Positions 7,765 to 17,379 of a stretch of 64,000 nt of DNA are shown here, in pieces. Position numbers and translations under genes: made by a program. Source of the stretch: Candidatus Hydrogenedentota bacterium (lineage in GTDB: Bacteria > Hydrogenedentota > Hydrogenedentia > Hydrogenedentales > SLHB01); assembly GCA_045863335.1 (NCBI GenBank), contig BTVY01000008.1:32001-96000 (forward strand), written 5' to 3'. Every line of letters begins with the position of its first letter. The stretch's first letter is position 1. The notes beneath the pieces were generated by a model. That model made no database searches and had not been told where the DNA came from. It saw only the letters and a list, made by a program, of their open reading frames with translations.

Positions 7765-9135
7765 ATGCCCACACAGCGCAAGAAACGGGTCGGAGCCATG
7801 CTGGTTGACGAGGGTCTCATCCGTGAGGATCACCTGATCCAGGCCCTCAATCGGCAGAAGAAGGAAGGCGGCAAGTTCATCCAGAACCTCATCGCCCTGG
7901 AATGCGTCAAAGCCGAGGACGTCACCGATTTCCTGGCGCGCCGGCACCACCATCCGCACATCGAGATCGGACAGTTCGGCGTCCCGGAGGAAGTGCTCTC
8001 ACTCGTTCCTCGCGATTTCGCCATCCGCCACGAGGTCTTTCCCCTCGACCATGCGGGGTCCACGCTCACGCTCGGCATGGTCTGTCCGCTGGATACGGCG
8101 ACCATCGACGAATTGGAGGCACACTCCGGCCTGCACGTCATGCCGGTCCTGTGTTCGGGCGCGGATCTCAAGGCGAGCATCGAACGCTGCTACGGCACGG
8201 AACCAGCGAACGGGCAGGAATTGGCGACGCTGGAACCGGAGGCCATCGGAAGCACCTTGCGTCTCGGCGGCATTCCTACCGTCATCAAACAACTGAGCGC
8301 CTTACCCGCGCTGCCCGTCACGGTCCGGAAAGTCCGCGAGGCCATCGACGACCCGGAAGTCTCCACGCACGACGTCGGCACGATCATCGCCACCGACCCT
8401 ACTCTGGCCGCCAAAGTGCTCAGCATCGCCAATTCGCCGGCCTTTGGTTTCCCCAACCAGGTGACCTCCATCCACCTCGCGGTATCGCTGCTTGGTATGG
8501 AGGAAACGTATTCGGTGGTGCTGTCCGCTTCTGTGGTCGACCTTATGACGGGTTCAAAGGCCTTTGACTATCGGACCTTCTGGGTTCGGTCCATGCTCTG
8601 CGGCACCTTGTGCAAGATTGTGGCGCAACGGGCAGGTTTCGGGACGAAGCCCGGGATCTTCACGGCAGGACTCCTTCTCGACATCGGCCGCCTCGCCTTA
8701 ACAGAAGTTGCCCCGCAACGCTACGCCACCATCGACCGCAGTCTGCGCGGATCGGATCTCGTCGAAGCCGAAGAACAAGTCCTCGGCATCGGCCATCCCG
8801 AAGCGGGGTATCTCCTCGCCTCCGCATGGGACCTGCCCGACGAACTGGGGGAGACTATCCGCCTCCACCACATGCCCGAATACGCAACGCTGAACCGTGA
8901 GGCCGCTGCCATCGCCGCCATCGGAAACACGATGGCCTACCTCGCGCCCGAAGAGTACGAGGACCCCAGCGCCCTTTCTGTACCCTGCGCACGTTACCTG
9001 ACCGATCTGCAGATCGCCGATGAGGCCATCATCGAGATGTTCGACGAGATGAAGCGCATCCTCAAGAGCGAGTTCCTCCTCCAACGCCGCTGGGACGGTG
9101 ACGCGCGTCAAACCGCGGGCAAGGATGCTTCCTAG
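7765..9135 (+). CDS. MshEN (T2SSE_N)-HDOD domain signal transduction protein
   Basis: N-terminal RVGAMLVDEGLIREDHLIQALNRQ and a PilB-N-like domain; C-terminal HDOD (LPALP, DPTLAAKVLSIANS, AGLLLDIG, HPEAGYLLASAWDLP, IRLHH). Confidence 0.8.
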   Translation: MPTQRKKRVGAMLVDEGLIREDHLIQALNRQKKEGGKFIQNLIALECVKAEDVTDFLARRHHHPHIEIGQFGVPEEVLSLVPRDFAIRHEVFPLDHAGSTLTLGMVCPLDTATIDELEAHSGLHVMPVLCSGADLKASIERCYGTEPANGQELATLEPEAIGSTLRLGGIPTVIKQLSALPALPVTVRKVREAIDDPEVSTHDVGTIIATDPTLAAKVLSIANSPAFGFPNQVTSIHLAVSLLGMEETYSVVLSASVVDLMTGSKAFDYRTFWVRSMLCGTLCKIVAQRAGFGTKPGIFTAGLLLDIGRLALTEVAPQRYATIDRSLRGSDLVEAEEQVLGIGHPEAGYLLASAWDLPDELGETIRLHHMPEYATLNREAAAIAAIGNTMAYLAPEEYEDPSALSVPCARYLTDLQIADEAIIEMFDEMKRILKSEFLLQRRWDGDARQTAGKDAS

Positions 9136-9191
9136 ACGACGCCGAAAGGCCGCCGGACCGTCCCCAACCGCCTCGCGAGTGAAATCGGGTA

Positions 9192-9241
9192 TTGACAACC
9201 ACCGTTGACTGTGCTTCAATATGACTGAATTTAGTTTCAGT
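9192..9241 (+). promoter_or_regulatory. sigma70 promoter plus palindromic operator ACTGAATTTAGTTTCAGT upstream of the dinB-family gene
   Basis: TTGACA 9192-9197, N17, TTCAAT 9215-9220; palindrome ACTGAA-N6-TTCAGT 9224-9241. Confidence 0.6.
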
Positions 9242-9286
9242 ATTTTGTGGCACTCCAATTCCCCAAACAAGAAAACGAGGTGCGTT

Positions 9287-9781
9287 ATGGCGATTATTGA
9301 CGGCATGATTCAGGAGTTCGAACACGAAGCAGCCGGTACCCGCAAGGTGCTGGAACGGGTCCCGGAGGATAAGCTCGGGTGGAAACCTCACGATAAATCC
9401 ATGTCGCTTGGGGACTTAGCCTGTCATATTTCCGACACGGCCAGTTGGGTGCCCACCACCATGAAAGAGGACGAATTTGCGTTCAGTATGGACGGCTACG
9501 AGCCATACAAGGCGGCGTCCACGAAACAACTCGTAGAGGATTTCGACAAGCGGGTCAAGGAAGCCGTCGACGCGATGAAAGGCACTCCTGACGCGGACTT
9601 GATGAAGACCTGGAAAATGACCATGGACGGACAAACCATCATCGACATGCCGCGGGGCGCCGTGCTCCGGAACTTTATTCTGAACCACGCCGTCCACCAC
9701 CGCGCCCAACTCGGCGTCTACCTCCGCCTGCTGGATGTTCCCCTGCCGCAAGTCTACGGCCCCACCGCCGACGAACAGTAA
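9287..9781 (+). CDS. DinB/YfiT-like family (damage-inducible) protein
   Basis: WKPHDKSMSLGDLACHI and NHAVHHRAQLGVYLR motifs; GAGG RBS. Confidence 0.85.
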   Translation: MAIIDGMIQEFEHEAAGTRKVLERVPEDKLGWKPHDKSMSLGDLACHISDTASWVPTTMKEDEFAFSMDGYEPYKAASTKQLVEDFDKRVKEAVDAMKGTPDADLMKTWKMTMDGQTIIDMPRGAVLRNFILNHAVHHRAQLGVYLRLLDVPLPQVYGPTADEQ

Positions 9782-9856
9782 GAGAGAGAGCATTCCTCCT
9801 GCCCAACAGCCGTGGAGAGGTCGCCAAACGCCCCTCTCCACGGCTGCCCTCATTTT

Positions 9857-9936
9857 GGTATCGCTATCGGGATCGGTATCGCTATCGCTATCGAGTTCGG
9901 AAGGACCTTCGATTCCGATATCGATCCCGATTTCGA
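9857..9936. repeat. Inverted arrays of ATCGNN hexamers (palindromic intergenic repeat)
   Basis: ATCGCT-ATCGGG-ATCGGT-ATCGCT-ATCGCT-ATCGAG, then the reverse-oriented array GATTCC-GATATC-GATCCC-GATTTC. Confidence 0.7.
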
Positions 9937-10010
9937 CAACGCCAAGTCGCCGCAACTGGTGCAACATGATTCGTGGGTCGAGTTCTTGGCAATGCCGTTT
10001 TGAGGTTAAT

Positions 10011-11081
10011 CTACTTTCCGTGGTAGTAGTCGATACTTACCCGACGATTCAGTTTGCGGTTTGCTTCACTATCGTTGGGCACCGCCGGTTGGGTGTCTCC
10101 ATAAGCTTTCGTGGTGATGCGGCTGCCGTCGATACCGTGCTCGATCAGATACGACTTCGCCGCGTCCGCGCGTTGCTGGCTTAGCGCCATATTGAATTCA
10201 GGCGATCCGAGGTCACAGGTGTGACCATTCACAACAACGTAACCAGTGGGATCCTTCTTCAGCATGTCTACGTATCGATCCAGTTCTACCTTACCTTCCG
10301 GCGTGATTACGGCTTTGTCCTTGTAGAACAGGAACTGCGGAAACCAGTCCCAATGACGCACTACTCCAGCGTGTCGTTTCGCCTCTACGGATTTAAAAAA
10401 AATCTCCCGCACCATCGCCGCCATGCCCTCAGGCGAACTCACCTCAGCCGCCTGCCAGGCTTGGCCGCAACTCGTCGACGTCGCCATCTTCTTGAGCAGC
10501 CGTCGGCCGGATTTGCTGTACCCGACGTTCACGGTATAGATGCAGAGCGGCCCGATGTGGGGGTAGGCTGCCGCTTCACAGGCCTCGATCACCCGGTCGT
10601 GAGGATGGGTGCGTCCGTCGGAAAACACGATCAACGCGGCGTTGCCGTCGTGGGTTTCAAACTCGCTCCGGGTCGCCAGCACCGCTTCGTTCAGAGGCGT
10701 CAGACCACCGAGGTAAGTCAGGTTCGCCGCGCAGTCGCCGAGAACACCCAAGTTCCCCTCACCCAGTGACACCTGCGTCCAGTCCGCTTGAGAATATCCG
10801 GCGAACGAATAGAACCCCATCTGGTAATCCATATCCGGCATCGCCGCGACGAAGGCCTCCAACAACGCCTTCTCCTGTTGGAAGATCTCATTCTCGTCCG
10901 TCGACCCCGTCACATCGGCCAGGATCAGCACGTGGTCGACCTTCAGCACTTCGTCGGGCTTGGGCACAACGCGGGTCATCTCGAACGGTTGCACCTGCGT
11001 CGTCACCGTCTGGCACCCGGCCAGAACAAGCGCGGTCACAGCACTGCAGGTTGCACACACAACGCGTTGAACGGAGTTCAT
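10011..11081 (-). CDS. vWA + OmpA-like peptidoglycan-binding lipoprotein (paralog 2)
   Basis: Lipobox LAGC; MIDAS-like DVTGS/TPL/FSDG; OmpA GHT..G..EFNMALSQQRA..NRRV; GGAGG RBS. Confidence 0.85.
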   Translation of the reverse strand: MNSVQRVVCATCSAVTALVLAGCQTVTTQVQPFEMTRVVPKPDEVLKVDHVLILADVTGSTDENEIFQQEKALLEAFVAAMPDMDYQMGFYSFAGYSQADWTQVSLGEGNLGVLGDCAANLTYLGGLTPLNEAVLATRSEFETHDGNAALIVFSDGRTHPHDRVIEACEAAAYPHIGPLCIYTVNVGYSKSGRRLLKKMATSTSCGQAWQAAEVSSPEGMAAMVREIFFKSVEAKRHAGVVRHWDWFPQFLFYKDKAVITPEGKVELDRYVDMLKKDPTGYVVVNGHTCDLGSPEFNMALSQQRADAAKSYLIEHGIDGSRITTKAYGDTQPAVPNDSEANRKLNRRVSIDYYHGK

Positions 11082-11317
11082 TTCGCAACCTCCAAAAGTT
11101 GTTTCGACCCTGTTCCCACTGCCACAAAACCGGTGCAAACATCCTCGCATAGTCACACAGCGCGCGACAGCCTCCGGCTCTCCCCGGCCAGAGAAGCGCG
11201 AATGCATAATCGCGGCCGTGGGGATTCCCTTTGACTCTCCCCACGGCCGAGGAATTGTTGAAGTTCACGTGTGGTCACACGCAACCTGTATTGATATGCC
11301 CGTCCAACGTTCTTCGA

Positions 11318-12370
11318 TCAATCGACGAACTTATACCGTATTACCGCGCGGCGGTTCAGTTTCCGGTTGGGTTCCCCGGAGTTTGGAACCGCCGGACGGG
11401 ATTCACCGTAGGCTTCTGTCGTGATGAGACCGCCATCGACACCCTGCTCAATCATGTACGACCGCACGGCATCGGCACGACGCTGGCTCAAATCCATGTT
11501 ATACGCTGCGGCTCCAAGATCGCAGGTGTGCCCTTCGATAACGACATAATCGAGGTTTTGTTTTCGGAACTCCGCAACGGCCCGATCCACCGCGGCTTTG
11601 CCTTCCGGTTTCAGCACGGCCTTGTCCAGGTCGAACAACACCTCGCTCGGCAGCACCATGGTGCGCTCTTCAGGCTCCGGACCGGGGGCGAAGAATATCT
11701 CCCGCACCATCGCCTCCATACCTTCGGGCGTGCTCACTTCGGAAGCCTGCCAGGCATGGCCGCAACCCGTCACTGTTGCCATCTTCTCGAGCAGCGCCTT
11801 ACCGGACTTGCTGTAGCCCACATTCACCGTGTAAATGCACAGCTCGCCCATGTGCCCGTACGCCACTTCCTCGCACGCCTTCAACACGCGCTCGTGCGGA
11901 TGCGTCCGGCCGTCGGAGAACACCAGCAACGCGGCGTGCCCGTCCCGTCCTTCAAACTCGCTCCCCGTAACACGAACGCCCTCATGCAACGGGGTCGTTC
12001 CGCCGAGGTATCGCAGGCCGGCTGCCGCCCCGCCCAGGTCCTCCAGGGTGCCCGTCTGCAGCGGCACATACATCCAGTCCTCCTGGGAGCCGCCCGCGAA
12101 AGACCGGAAGCCCATCTGGTAGTTCAGGTCCGGCATCGCCGCGACAAAGGCTTTAAGCAGACTCTTCTCCTGGCGAAATACATTGCGTTCACTGGTCGAC
12201 CCGGTGACATCCGCCAGGATCATGATGTGGTCAACCTTAAGGACCTCGCCTGGATGCGGCGCTACCCTCGACATCTCAAAGGTTCGGACACGGACGGTCT
12301 GGCAACCGGACATAACCATTGCGGCCAGCGCGCAACCTACGGTACAAAATGCGAGACGTGAGTAGATCAT
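11318..12370 (-). CDS. vWA + OmpA-like peptidoglycan-binding lipoprotein (paralog 1)
   Basis: Lipobox MSGC; DVTGS/TPL/FSDG; VLFDLDK, GHT..G...YNMDLSQRRA..NRR. Confidence 0.85.
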   Translation of the reverse strand: MIYSRLAFCTVGCALAAMVMSGCQTVRVRTFEMSRVAPHPGEVLKVDHIMILADVTGSTSERNVFRQEKSLLKAFVAAMPDLNYQMGFRSFAGGSQEDWMYVPLQTGTLEDLGGAAAGLRYLGGTTPLHEGVRVTGSEFEGRDGHAALLVFSDGRTHPHERVLKACEEVAYGHMGELCIYTVNVGYSKSGKALLEKMATVTGCGHAWQASEVSTPEGMEAMVREIFFAPGPEPEERTMVLPSEVLFDLDKAVLKPEGKAAVDRAVAEFRKQNLDYVVIEGHTCDLGAAAYNMDLSQRRADAVRSYMIEQGVDGGLITTEAYGESRPAVPNSGEPNRKLNRRAVIRYKFVD

Positions 12371-12643
12371 GGCTCCACCTCCAGCAGTTTTTCTGAGGCC
12401 CCTGTCCCTGCTTGCCTTCGACTTGTGGGTGTTTCCTACTCCATGATAACACATAAAACGGGATTTCTGACGAGCCGAGGAGTGGGCCAGATGGGCAATG
12501 CTGCCCCGGTACACCAATCGGACTCGGCACACCGCTCATCCCCAGGCACCGTGACGGACGAAGGAAGAGTCACCTGGGTTGTCCTCTGTAGGGTATTCCG
12601 CTATTCTCGGTTTCGCAGGTTGTCAACGAAGGAATCATCCGCA

Positions 12644-13291
12644 ATGGACATCGTCGCACTGCTGGGCGCCGTCATGGGTTTGGGATTCATCTCGGGCATC
12701 AATCTTTACGCCACCATACTGGCGATCGGCCTCGCCCTGCGGTTCAACCTGTTCACGCCGCCGGAGTATTTGCAGGAGTTGACGGTCCTCGGCCACCCCT
12801 ACGTCCTCATTCCGGCGGGCATCGCATTCGTCGCGGAATTCTTCGCGGACAAGATCCCCTGGGTCGACAGCATGTGGGACTCGTTCCACACCTTCATTCG
12901 GCCCATCGGCGCCGTCGTCATCCTCGCAGCGGGCGTGACGGACCTGCCGCCCGCCGTGGAAGTCGGACTCGTCATCCTCTGCGGAAGCGTGGCCCTCCTC
13001 AGCCACTCCACCAAAGCAGGTACCCGCGTCGTCGCGAACCACAGCCCCGAACCCTTCACCAACACCCTGCTCAGCCTCGCCGAAGACGCCATCACCTTCA
13101 TCGGCGCGTGGCTGCTGTTTTCGCACCCGATACTGCTGTTCTGCATCGTGTTGGTTTTCGTGCTCGCGGCCCTCTGGATACTTCCGAAACTCTACCGGCT
13201 CATCCGCCGCCAGATCGGCCGCGTCCGCGACGTCTTCCGCAACGCCTCCCGCCGGATCCGCGGGCAAGACCCAATCGGCGAGCAGCCGTGA
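12644..13291 (+). CDS. DUF4126 family membrane protein
   Basis: SGINLY, EFFADKIPWVDSMWD..HTFIRP, SPEPFTN..LSLAED motifs. Confidence 0.85.
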   Translation: MDIVALLGAVMGLGFISGINLYATILAIGLALRFNLFTPPEYLQELTVLGHPYVLIPAGIAFVAEFFADKIPWVDSMWDSFHTFIRPIGAVVILAAGVTDLPPAVEVGLVILCGSVALLSHSTKAGTRVVANHSPEPFTNTLLSLAEDAITFIGAWLLFSHPILLFCIVLVFVLAALWILPKLYRLIRRQIGRVRDVFRNASRRIRGQDPIGEQP

Positions 13292-13376
13292 ATGCTTATC
13301 GTGGCGGAGCATGACCCCCAAGAAAACTGTGCAGGCGGATAACCAGTCGGTGTAGCGATGATGGTGGATGTGCCAG

Positions 13377-13781
13377 CTATTCGGATGGAGACGTAATCGC
13401 TGGCACGGGAAGGGGACCGGCATCCCAGAAGCCGTTGGTTGACCACCCCGGCTCGTCTCCGCCGAAATCGTACGTCACGTAAGGGCGCTCAGGTCCCCAG
13501 CCGGGACCGGTTCGAATTATGAAGTAGCCGTCCGATCCGTCGCCAGGATTGTAGTAGTCGACGATGGGCTTTTTCGGGAGAAAGTCCGGCACCAAATCTT
13601 CGAGTTTCGCGGGAAGCGCCCCGTGTTGGGACATGTAGTCAAACAAGGCCTGCGCGATGTACTGATGTTCTTCCGCCGCGCGAATATGCTTTTGGTGCCC
13701 ATGCCGGTAGTAAAGGGGCACAAACACGACCGGCAACAAGACCGTCACCACCACTAGCTCGACGACGCGTGCTCTTTTCAC
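13377..13781 (-). CDS. Hypothetical protein with pseudopilin-like features
   Basis: N-terminal RARVVELVVV hydrophobic helix; GALPAKLEDLVPDFL motif; GTGA overlap with the vapC stop. Confidence 0.5.
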   Translation of the reverse strand: MKRARVVELVVVTVLLPVVFVPLYYRHGHQKHIRAAEEHQYIAQALFDYMSQHGALPAKLEDLVPDFLPKKPIVDYYNPGDGSDGYFIIRTGPGWGPERPYVTYDFGGDEPGWSTNGFWDAGPLPVPAITSPSE

Positions 13782-14206
13782 GAAGACGCGTCTTCCGCAT
13801 CGGCCATAGGGTCAACAATTGCGACATCCCCGAAGTAGTCACGCCGAAACCGGCGGTCGCGCGTGAGCAACCGATCGCACTGTACCTTCGCGTGTGCCGC
13901 GATGAGGAAGTCCGCAATCACGCGCTTACGATCCCCACCGCGAGCGCGATACTGGCCCCACAGTTCACCCGCCAGTGTAGCCGCATTGCGGTCCACGGGA
14001 AGAAAGTCGATCCTCATTGAAACCATTTGATCGTACAATGCCTGTCGAGTAGAAAAGAGGGCTGTTAATTCCGCCCACACCACATCGCACACGACCAAAC
14101 GGCCATGCTTGGAACTACGTCTGATCGCTTGGGCGGACTGCAGCCCGTAGCGTTCATCGGCTCGGAAGATGTCGATCAGTACGCTCGTATCCACTGCGGT
14201 AATCAT
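13778..14206 (-). CDS. vapC: Type II toxin, VapC/PIN domain
   Basis: VDTSVLID, VWAEL, ADFLIAAHA, LLTRD PIN motifs. Confidence 0.85.
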   Translation of the reverse strand: MITAVDTSVLIDIFRADERYGLQSAQAIRRSSKHGRLVVCDVVWAELTALFSTRQALYDQMVSMRIDFLPVDRNAATLAGELWGQYRARGGDRKRVIADFLIAAHAKVQCDRLLTRDRRFRRDYFGDVAIVDPMADAEDASS

Positions 14207-14424
14207 ACGTCGCCGCGAAGGTCCGCCAAGATCTCATCAGTGGATTTGTCGAGCTTAAGGCAACCCCAAGCTTTGGAAACCGGGTCTTCCGGCGAAATCT
14301 TCTCCGCGCTAATAACGCCATTCTCTTCCCGAATCTCCAGTACCATTCCGGCAGTAAGCCCTAACCGATCTCGAATTGCCTTAGGTATGGTAATTTGCCC
14401 ACGCTCGCCTACGGTCGTCTTCAT
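14203..14424 (-). CDS. AbrB/MazE/SpoVT family antitoxin
   Basis: TVGERGQITIPKAIRDRLGL..G motif; ATGA overlap with the PIN gene. Confidence 0.85.
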   Translation of the reverse strand: MKTTVGERGQITIPKAIRDRLGLTAGMVLEIREENGVISAEKISPEDPVSKAWGCLKLDKSTDEILADLRGDV

Positions 14425-14440
14425 ACTGTTCACCTCAAGG

Positions 14441-14469
14441 AATATGTATTCTCGCCATGTATTCATATT
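14441..14469. promoter_or_regulatory. Probable TA autorepression operator
   Basis: AATATG...CATATT inverted repeat with an internal ATGTATTC direct repeat, just upstream of the antitoxin RBS. Confidence 0.45.
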
Positions 14470-14641
14470 CTAACGCACATACCAGGCTCCGCACAAGACG
14501 GATTTTGGCAGCGAAACTCTTGAGTCCCCCTCCGCAAGTTTGCGGAACGCGCCGCTTTCCGGTATTCTTCTGCCTCCCCAGCGTTTCCTGAACTACTTTA
14601 AAGCCCCGCACTTAGCGGGGTGCGATGCCCAGAACGGAGCG

Positions 14642-16384
14642 ATGACCACCATGCGAATGAGCCATCTCGTTGGAATGCGGTATAAGGAACGGCCTGCGGA
14701 AGCCGTGTTGGAAAGCCACGCCTTTCTCCTGCGCGGCGGATACGCCCGCCAGGTCGCCAACGGCATCTATTCGCTCCTCCCGCCGGGATTCCGGGTCATC
14801 CACAAAATCGAGCAGATCGTCCGTGAAGAGATGGACCGCATCGGCGGCCAGGAAGTCCTCATGCCGGTTGTGCAGCCACGGGAGCTGTGGGACGAATCCG
14901 GCCGCTACACGAGCGTCGGCTCGGAACTCTGCCGCTTCAAGGATCGCACGGGCCACGAGATGGTCTTAGCCATGACCCATGAAGAAGGCGTCGTCCACCT
15001 CTGCCGGAACGAGATCAACAGCCACACCCAGTTGCCGTTCATGGTCTATCAAATCCAGACCAAGTTCCGGGACGAGCCCCGCTCCCGGGGCGGCCTGATC
15101 CGCGTGCGCGAGTTCACGATGAAGGACGGGTATTCGTTCCACCGGACCCAGGAAGACCTCGAACGTTACTACGAGGACTGTTATCAGGCCTACCACCGCA
15201 TCTTCGCGCGGGTCGGGCTGCCGGAAGTGGTCGCCGTCGCGTCGGACACCGGCATGATGGGCGGCAAAGTCGCCCACGAGTTCATCCTGCTGACGGAGGT
15301 GGGGGAGGACACCATCGCCACGTGCCCCGAGGCGGGGTACTACGCCAATCTGGAAGTCGCGGAAGGCGTGATCCAAGGATATCCCGCAGACCCGCTGCCA
15401 CTGGAGAAGGTCCATACCCCCGGCAAGAAGACCATCGAAGAGGTCGCCGGATTCCTGGGCGTCCCCACGCACCAGACCGCCAAGGCCGTGTTCTACGATT
15501 CCGACGCCGACGCCAAGCCGGTCATGGTCATCATCCGCGGCGACCGCGATGTAAACGAGATTAAGCTGGCGAAAGTGCTCCAGGTGATGCCGACGCCGGC
15601 GTCTGACGAACGCATCTCGAAGGCTGGGTCTGTTCCCGGTTACGCGTCACCCATGGGACTCGACCCCACAAAATGGCGCCTCGTGGTCGACCACACCGTG
15701 GCCCAATCCAACAACTTGGTAACCGGCGCCAACGAAGTTGACTACCACTACAAGAACTTCAATCTCGACCGCGACCTGCCCGGCATGAAGACGGTCGACA
15801 TCTGCGCTCTTCAGGACGGCGACGGCCTGCCCGAAGGAAAAGGAACGATTACCCTCCAGCGAGGCATCGAAGTGGGCAACATTTTCCAGTTGGGGACCAA
15901 GTATTCGGAGTCCATGGGAATGACGTACAACGATGAGAACGGCAAATCCTGCGTACCCATTATGGGGTGCTACGGCATTGGTATCGGACGCCTTATGAGT
16001 TCCATCATGGAAGTTCACCGCGACAAGTTCGGCCCCAAATGGCCCATGTCAGTGGCACCATGGCAGGTCCACTTGAACGCCCTGAAAATGGAGGCCCCCG
16101 GCGTCCGTGAAACGTCCGAAAAACTCTACACTGACTTATTGGCCGCCGGGATCGAGGTGCTCTTCGATGACCGGGACGGACGCCCCGGCGCGCAATTCGC
16201 GGATGCGGATCTGCTCGGCGTGCCGATCCGGTTCGTTGTCAGTGAACGCAACCTCGCGGAAGGCAAGGTCGAGTGGAAGCGCCGCGACACCGGCGAATCT
16301 GGGACCGTTGCGGTAGATGATGCGGTGAACGCAGCGAAAGAATGGATCGCCACTGCGTTAAGCGATATCCGGGCAAAGGCGTAG
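14642..16384 (+). CDS. proS: Proline--tRNA ligase (with INS editing domain)
   Basis: QIQTKFRDEPRSRGGLIRVREFTMKDGYSF, GIEVGNIFQLGTKYS, MGCYGIG. Confidence 0.97.
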   Translation: MTTMRMSHLVGMRYKERPAEAVLESHAFLLRGGYARQVANGIYSLLPPGFRVIHKIEQIVREEMDRIGGQEVLMPVVQPRELWDESGRYTSVGSELCRFKDRTGHEMVLAMTHEEGVVHLCRNEINSHTQLPFMVYQIQTKFRDEPRSRGGLIRVREFTMKDGYSFHRTQEDLERYYEDCYQAYHRIFARVGLPEVVAVASDTGMMGGKVAHEFILLTEVGEDTIATCPEAGYYANLEVAEGVIQGYPADPLPLEKVHTPGKKTIEEVAGFLGVPTHQTAKAVFYDSDADAKPVMVIIRGDRDVNEIKLAKVLQVMPTPASDERISKAGSVPGYASPMGLDPTKWRLVVDHTVAQSNNLVTGANEVDYHYKNFNLDRDLPGMKTVDICALQDGDGLPEGKGTITLQRGIEVGNIFQLGTKYSESMGMTYNDENGKSCVPIMGCYGIGIGRLMSSIMEVHRDKFGPKWPMSVAPWQVHLNALKMEAPGVRETSEKLYTDLLAAGIEVLFDDRDGRPGAQFADADLLGVPIRFVVSERNLAEGKVEWKRRDTGESGTVAVDDAVNAAKEWIATALSDIRAKA

Positions 16385-16433
16385 TCCAACCCCGCCGCGT
16401 AGCAGGTTGCAGCGCGTAAACCTCAACGCGTGC

Positions 16434-17117
16434 TTATAGGAAGTCCTGCAACGTAAGATTCTTGGTTTTTTTTGGCGCGACCGCTTCGCCCTCTGGTGAA
16501 GCGGATACCGAACGCCGAACCGCTGGTCGCCGGGGCGCGTCGTCTTCGAGCGAACGCGGTGGTCCTGCGGGTCGAAGCTGGCGCGCCGTGCCGGGTTTGT
16601 CATCCGCCGCCCTCAGTTCTGCGAGCGTCGGGATTGCGTCAGCCAAGAGGCCCATCACCACGATCAAGTTCGGCTTGTCCTCCAGTTTGACCTCTTCACT
16701 GACAAGCCGTACCAGTTTATTCCCGCTCGCCACTGACACTCTCGACGCGTCGGCACCCAACGTTGTGGTTCCTTCCGGGGCTTGTTTGCCAGCGCTCGTT
16801 ACGAGATAGGCAATGCCGCCATCGCGCTCGTAAAAGCTCCCGGAAGACGCCAACCACTGCGCGACGTGATCCCGGCAAAGGCCGCGCGCCGTATCTGACG
16901 CTACCCGTTCCGCCTTGTTTCTTTCATCTTCCTCGATAGGAACGATGACTTTCACCACGAGAGACTTGAGGGTGCCGTCAGGGTTGGTCTTAACATTGGA
17001 GACTCCGTCCGGAAGCGCGGTCGCCGCGTCCAGGGCGTCGCTGTCCTGAGCCCAGGCTGTCATGCAGAACGCGCTGGCTAACAACACCACACCCAACTGA
17101 AGTACCCGACCGATCAT
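16434..17117 (-). CDS. Hypothetical secreted protein
   Basis: Signal peptide ending AWA; GAGGGG RBS; basic low-complexity C-terminus. Confidence 0.55.
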   Translation of the reverse strand: MIGRVLQLGVVLLASAFCMTAWAQDSDALDAATALPDGVSNVKTNPDGTLKSLVVKVIVPIEEDERNKAERVASDTARGLCRDHVAQWLASSGSFYERDGGIAYLVTSAGKQAPEGTTTLGADASRVSVASGNKLVRLVSEEVKLEDKPNLIVVMGLLADAIPTLAELRAADDKPGTARQLRPAGPPRSLEDDAPRRPAVRRSVSASPEGEAVAPKKTKNLTLQDFL

Positions 17118-17294
17118 TGCACCGCCCCTCCGTTCACGACCCGAATACGATCTCGGTTGATTTGACACCTTGGGTTCTGGAGTTAGTATAAGGGAATTCT
17201 CTGGTTTTGTCATTAGTCGCGACACGCGCACGAATGTCGCCCGGAGACGCAATTTCTCATCCCGTGCCGGCCGGCACCGACCCGCCGATTCGCA

Positions 17295-17323
17295 TTGACA
17301 ACCAAGTCCGTGTTCACTATCTT
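17295..17323 (+). promoter_or_regulatory. sigma70 promoter TTGACA-N17-TATCTT
   Basis: Consensus spacing upstream of the GH32-PL1 gene. Confidence 0.55.
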
Positions 17324-17379
17324 CGTTTCGGATCACGGGACCTGGGCGGTGAATCCACCTTTGGGGAGAGCTTTACGGT

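Noticed and set aside
9857-9936. CRISPR array
   Set aside because: The units are hexamers without unique spacers and there are no cas genes; the other repeats in the window are inverted doublets, not arrays.
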